A DNA stretch of 54,974 nucleotides from Candidatus Magasanikiibacteriota bacterium (GTDB lineage: Bacteria; Patescibacteriota; Patescibacteriia; Magasanikbacterales; 2-02-FULL-50-9b), in assembly GCA_903893485.1 (NCBI GenBank), contig CAITMK010000009.1:1-54974 (forward strand), given 5' to 3'. Positions 53,550 to 54,974 of this stretch are shown piece after piece. How positions within the stretch are numbered: the stretch's first letter is position 1; each line of letters begins with the position of its first letter. A model generated the notes under the pieces. That model did no database searches and had not been told where the DNA came from. It worked only from the letters and a program-made list of their open reading frames with translations. Both the position numbers and the translations under genes were made by a program.

Positions 53550-54974
53550 ATGAACGTTAATTTTCTTGAGCCGCACTCCCCGTATCACGGACCAAATAAA
53601 AAGCGCATGCTTTTTATTATTTTTTTGTGCGTTTGTGCGTCTGGCGTGTTTGCCGGAACTGCGTGGGCAGGCACCAAATTTTTTGAATCAAAAGACGCGG
53701 CCCAAGCAAATCTGCAGCCCGAACAAATTCAACCAATCGAAACTAATTCTTTTTGGGGCAAAATAAAATCACTGTTAGTTTCTACCAATCGCCCACTTGT
53801 TGGTGTTGATCAAGACCGCATCAACGTTGCACTGTACGGTATCGGCGGCGACGGCCACGATGGCGCGCAACTTACCGACACTATTTTAGTTGCAAGTATC
53901 AAACCGTCAACCAAACAAGTCGCCATGCTTTCAATTCCACGCGACACACAAGTTGATATTCCAGGCTACGGCCCTCATAAAATTAACGAAGTAAACGCCG
54001 ACGGTGAACAAGAAAATCCCGGCAGTGGCGGCGAAGCTGCAACAAAATTTTTAGAAGGATTTTTACAACAACCAATTCCGTATTACGTGCGCGTTGATTT
54101 TTCAGGCTTCTCGCAAGTCATCGATGATATTGGCGGCGTTGATGTATACGTCGAAAAACCATTTACTGACGATTCATTTCCAACCAATGATTATAAATAT
54201 CGCAGCATCAGTTTTAAAAAAGGTTGGGAACACATGGACGGCCCACGCGCGCTCGATTATGCACGTTCGCGCCACGGAAATAATTTTGAAGGCTCAGATT
54301 TTGCACGCGCAAAACGTCAACAAAAAATTATGCTTGCGGTGCGCGACAAATTATTGTCCGGCGACACATTGCTCCACCCGGGCCGCATCATTTCAATTTT
54401 AAATGCGCTCGATACGCACGTGCTTACCAATTTAAAAACGCAAGATTTTATTTCATTCGCAACACTTGCAAAAGATTTAGATGTGCAAAATGTTACGAGT
54501 GTTGTTTTATCCGATGATCCCGCAAGTGTACTGTACGACGACATGTCAACAGGTGTTTTCTATTTGAAACCAAAAGATCCAACGCTTGCGCCGATTCGCG
54601 AGATCGCTGCCAATATGTTTGATAAAGCAGCCACCGAAAAAGTGGATGGGATTATGTCATTAACTCCGGTTACTGCGCCGGTGGTTTTAACCGGTTCAAA
54701 TATTGAAATCGAAAATGGCACCTGGCGCCCTGGTTTTGCTGCTCGCGAACAATCACAACTCATTACCAAAGGTTTTGCAGTCAAGACCGTTGGTAATGCG
54801 GACACCCGCCCACTCGCCCGAACTCAAATTATTGACGTCACCCACAAAAATGATACGGTCATCGCGGCACTCAAAAAGCGCTATGATGCGGATGTATTGA
54901 CCACTACTAGTTCAACACCCGCGGCAAACATTGACATAATCCTCATTTTAGGGGAGAATGCAAAGGATATAGCA
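53550..54974 (+). CDS. LytR-CpsA-Psr (LCP) family cell-envelope phosphotransferase with C-terminal LytR_C-like domain (3' end runs off the window)
   Basis: Hand translation from ATG 53550 stays open to nt 54974: MNVNFLEPHSPYHGPNKKRMLFIIFLCVCASGVFAG.. (TM segment), ..INVALYGIGGDGHDGAQLTDTILVASI..MLSIPRDT.., ..VDFSGFSQVIDDIGGVDV.. and ..ARSRH....DFARAKRQQ... Absent from the ORF track because there is no stop. Track ORF 53566..53766 is out of frame. Confidence 0.85.
   Translation, partial: MNVNFLEPHSPYHGPNKKRMLFIIFLCVCASGVFAGTAWAGTKFFESKDAAQANLQPEQIQPIETNSFWGKIKSLLVSTNRPLVGVDQDRINVALYGIGGDGHDGAQLTDTILVASIKPSTKQVAMLSIPRDTQVDIPGYGPHKINEVNADGEQENPGSGGEAATKFLEGFLQQPIPYYVRVDFSGFSQVIDDIGGVDVYVEKPFTDDSFPTNDYKYRSISFKKGWEHMDGPRALDYARSRHGNNFEGSDFARAKRQQKIMLAVRDKLLSGDTLLHPGRIISILNALDTHVLTNLKTQDFISFATLAKDLDVQNVTSVVLSDDPASVLYDDMSTGVFYLKPKDPTLAPIREIAANMFDKAATEKVDGIMSLTPVTAPVVLTGSNIEIENGTWRPGFAAREQSQLITKGFAVKTVGNADTRPLARTQIIDVTHKNDTVIAALKKRYDADVLTTTSSTPAANIDIILILGENAKDIA

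Noticed and set aside
53566-53766. ORF 53566..53766(+) as a separate small gene
   Set aside because: It is out of frame within the LCP-family CDS, which starts at 53550 and stays open to the window end with clear LytR_cpsA_psr motifs.

Overview
The window is 55 kb from a small-genome, SD-poor bacterium. The 16S sequence and gene content fit a Patescibacteria/CPR (Parcubacteria-like) lineage; this is an inference, not a search result. About 85% is coding, mostly on the minus strand.

Core genes I recognise:
- recQ (partial)
- a copper module: csoR-copA-HMA/DsbD_2 permease-cupredoxin
- an Mqo-like flavoprotein with cytochrome b5 and DoxX
- cfa, pyk, htrA, nrdR
- ftsZ and ftsA, separated by two orphan ORFs
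- dgkA, ybeY, yqeY-like, rpsU, hisS, lepB
- tRNA-Ile(GAU)
- a stand-alone 16S rRNA with its own promoter, processing stem and terminator
- alr, trmD, a KH protein, rpsP
- a hinge-less short SMC-like ATPase
- rny, hup, tRNA-Val(CAC) and an LCP-family gene (partial)

The most striking content is a 14.4 kb, tightly coupled five-gene array (19837-34194, minus strand). Two paralogous proteins, 648 aa and 3356 aa, share an N-terminal signal peptide plus a two-helix VirB2/TrbC-pilin-like module. Both continue into Ig/IPT/Cys-rich ectodomains. Three single-pass membrane proteins carrying thrombospondin-type-3-like DxDxDG calcium motifs follow. The last of them overlaps ybeY by ATGA.

Other points of interest:
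- a high-GC orphan expression cassette next to tRNA-Ile
- a 120-nt structured tRNA-Ile leader with mutually exclusive pairings
- a 178-nt compound palindrome between smc and rny
- homologous tRNA trailer hairpins, one carrying a ~70-nt insert
- several promoters placed 8-10 nt from the ATG, implying leaderless mRNAs

I saw no CRISPR array, transposase, integrase or reverse transcriptase.
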